Shown here piece by piece: positions 62,996 through 64,000 of a stretch of DNA of 64,000 bases. Made by a program: the position numbers and the translations under genes. The notes below the pieces were generated by a model. That model had not been told where the DNA came from. It did not search any database and saw nothing but the letters and a program-made list of their open reading frames with translations. Source of the DNA: Squalus acanthias (taxonomy: Eukaryota); NCBI GenBank assembly GCA_030390025.1, contig CM059425.1, positions 261,082,001 through 261,146,000 of the forward strand. Reading direction: 5' to 3'. Within the stretch, counting starts at the first letter, position 1. Each line of letters opens with the position of its first letter.

Positions 62996-63868
62996 CAGTA
63001 CACCACAGCCCCCTGGATTTACAAACTTTGGGACATCCTGAGGATGAGAAAGGCCGCTGTATAAACGCATGTTGTAGGAACATAGGAACAGGAGGAGGCC
63101 ACTCAGCCCCTCGAGCCTGTTCCGCCATTCAGTGAGATCATGACTGATCTGTATCTTAACTCCATCCACCCGCCTTGGCTCCATATCCTGGACTCGACAG
63201 GCCAAATGGCCATCTTCTGTGCTGTAACCATTCTATGATTCTATCCCTTAATCCCCATGGCTAGCAAAGATCTGTCGATCTCAGATTTAAAATTGTTAAT
63301 TGAGCTAGCATCGACTGCTTTTTCTGGGAGAGGGGTCCACACTTCTACCACCCTTTCCTAACTTCTCTACTGAATGACCTGGTTCTAATTGTAATGTTAT
63401 GTCCTCTTGTCCGAGACTCCCCCCACCCACGGAAAAAGTTTCTCTCTATCTACCCCATCAACTCGTTTCAAAATCGTATAAGCCCCTTAACCCCTTAATC
63501 TTCGGTCTGGCTATGTAAGGAGTATTGAGATAAAAAGGGAAATTCAGCATGGTCTCAGAAGCTGCAGGCCGTGGCTCATGGGATGGATTTTAACAGCCAG
63601 CGGGTTTCCAGCGAGATAACCGATGGTTCGCGGCAGAATGAGAACATGGCGCTTTTCACCACCTCAGGACATCCCTACTGCCACGGTGGGATTTGAACTC
63701 GTGTCCTCTGGATTATCAGTGCATTTAAATGTTTTTTTTCTATCCTGGCAAGGCAGAGTGTCTGGTCTGTGCCACACTGGGAGAAGTGGGATGTAGGCTC
63801 ACGCGCTGCTTTGAGCGTACGGCACCTCCTCACAACTGAACTGAGTGCAGGCTAGAGGCAGGCCAATT

Positions 63869-64000
63869 CAGCCTGGGGAGGGGGCCAGCCTCCAGTACCT
63901 GCCAGCCTGGGGAGGAGGCCAGCCTCCAGTACCTGCCAGCCTGGGGAGGGGGCCAGCCTCCAGTACCTGCCAGCCTGGGGAGGGGGCCAGCCTCCAGTAC
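63869..64000. repeat. 34-bp tandem repeat running off the window
   Basis: CAGCCTGGGGAGGGGGCCAGCCTCCAGTACCTGC x about 4. Confidence 0.9.

Overview
Repeat-dense vertebrate DNA, almost certainly from a shark (chondrichthyan), judged from HE1 V-SINE, SacSINE1/Deu-SINE and CR1 subfamilies with esterase-type ORF1. Most of the window is nested retroelements: CR1 LINEs (two near full length), a second CR1-clade LINE family, L2 fragments, SINEs and two Penelope-like elements that carry minimal hammerhead ribozymes. There are also Harbinger and hAT DNA-transposon remnants, a decayed F-type env/LTR remnant and several minisatellites. Two host genes are visible, both on the + strand: (i) a Siglec-15-like receptor with a signal exon, two V-set Ig exons and a Lys-containing TM exon (16.3-22.0 kb, possible last exon at 32.7 kb); (ii) the first coding exon of TESK1 (48900-49118), downstream of a CpG island. 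The most notable unexplained signals are: a U_UUA_AA(C/U) slippery heptamer plus a conserved G-rich 16-mer at all four CR1 ORF1/ORF2 junctions (candidate -1 ribosomal frameshift); a 468-bp near-perfect Penelope fold-back with two opposed hammerheads; a conserved CRE-CCAAT-double splice donor module in CR1 5' UTRs; and the V-V Siglec architecture. Family names come from recognition of sequence, not from database searches, and repeat boundaries are approximate unless a TSD is quoted.
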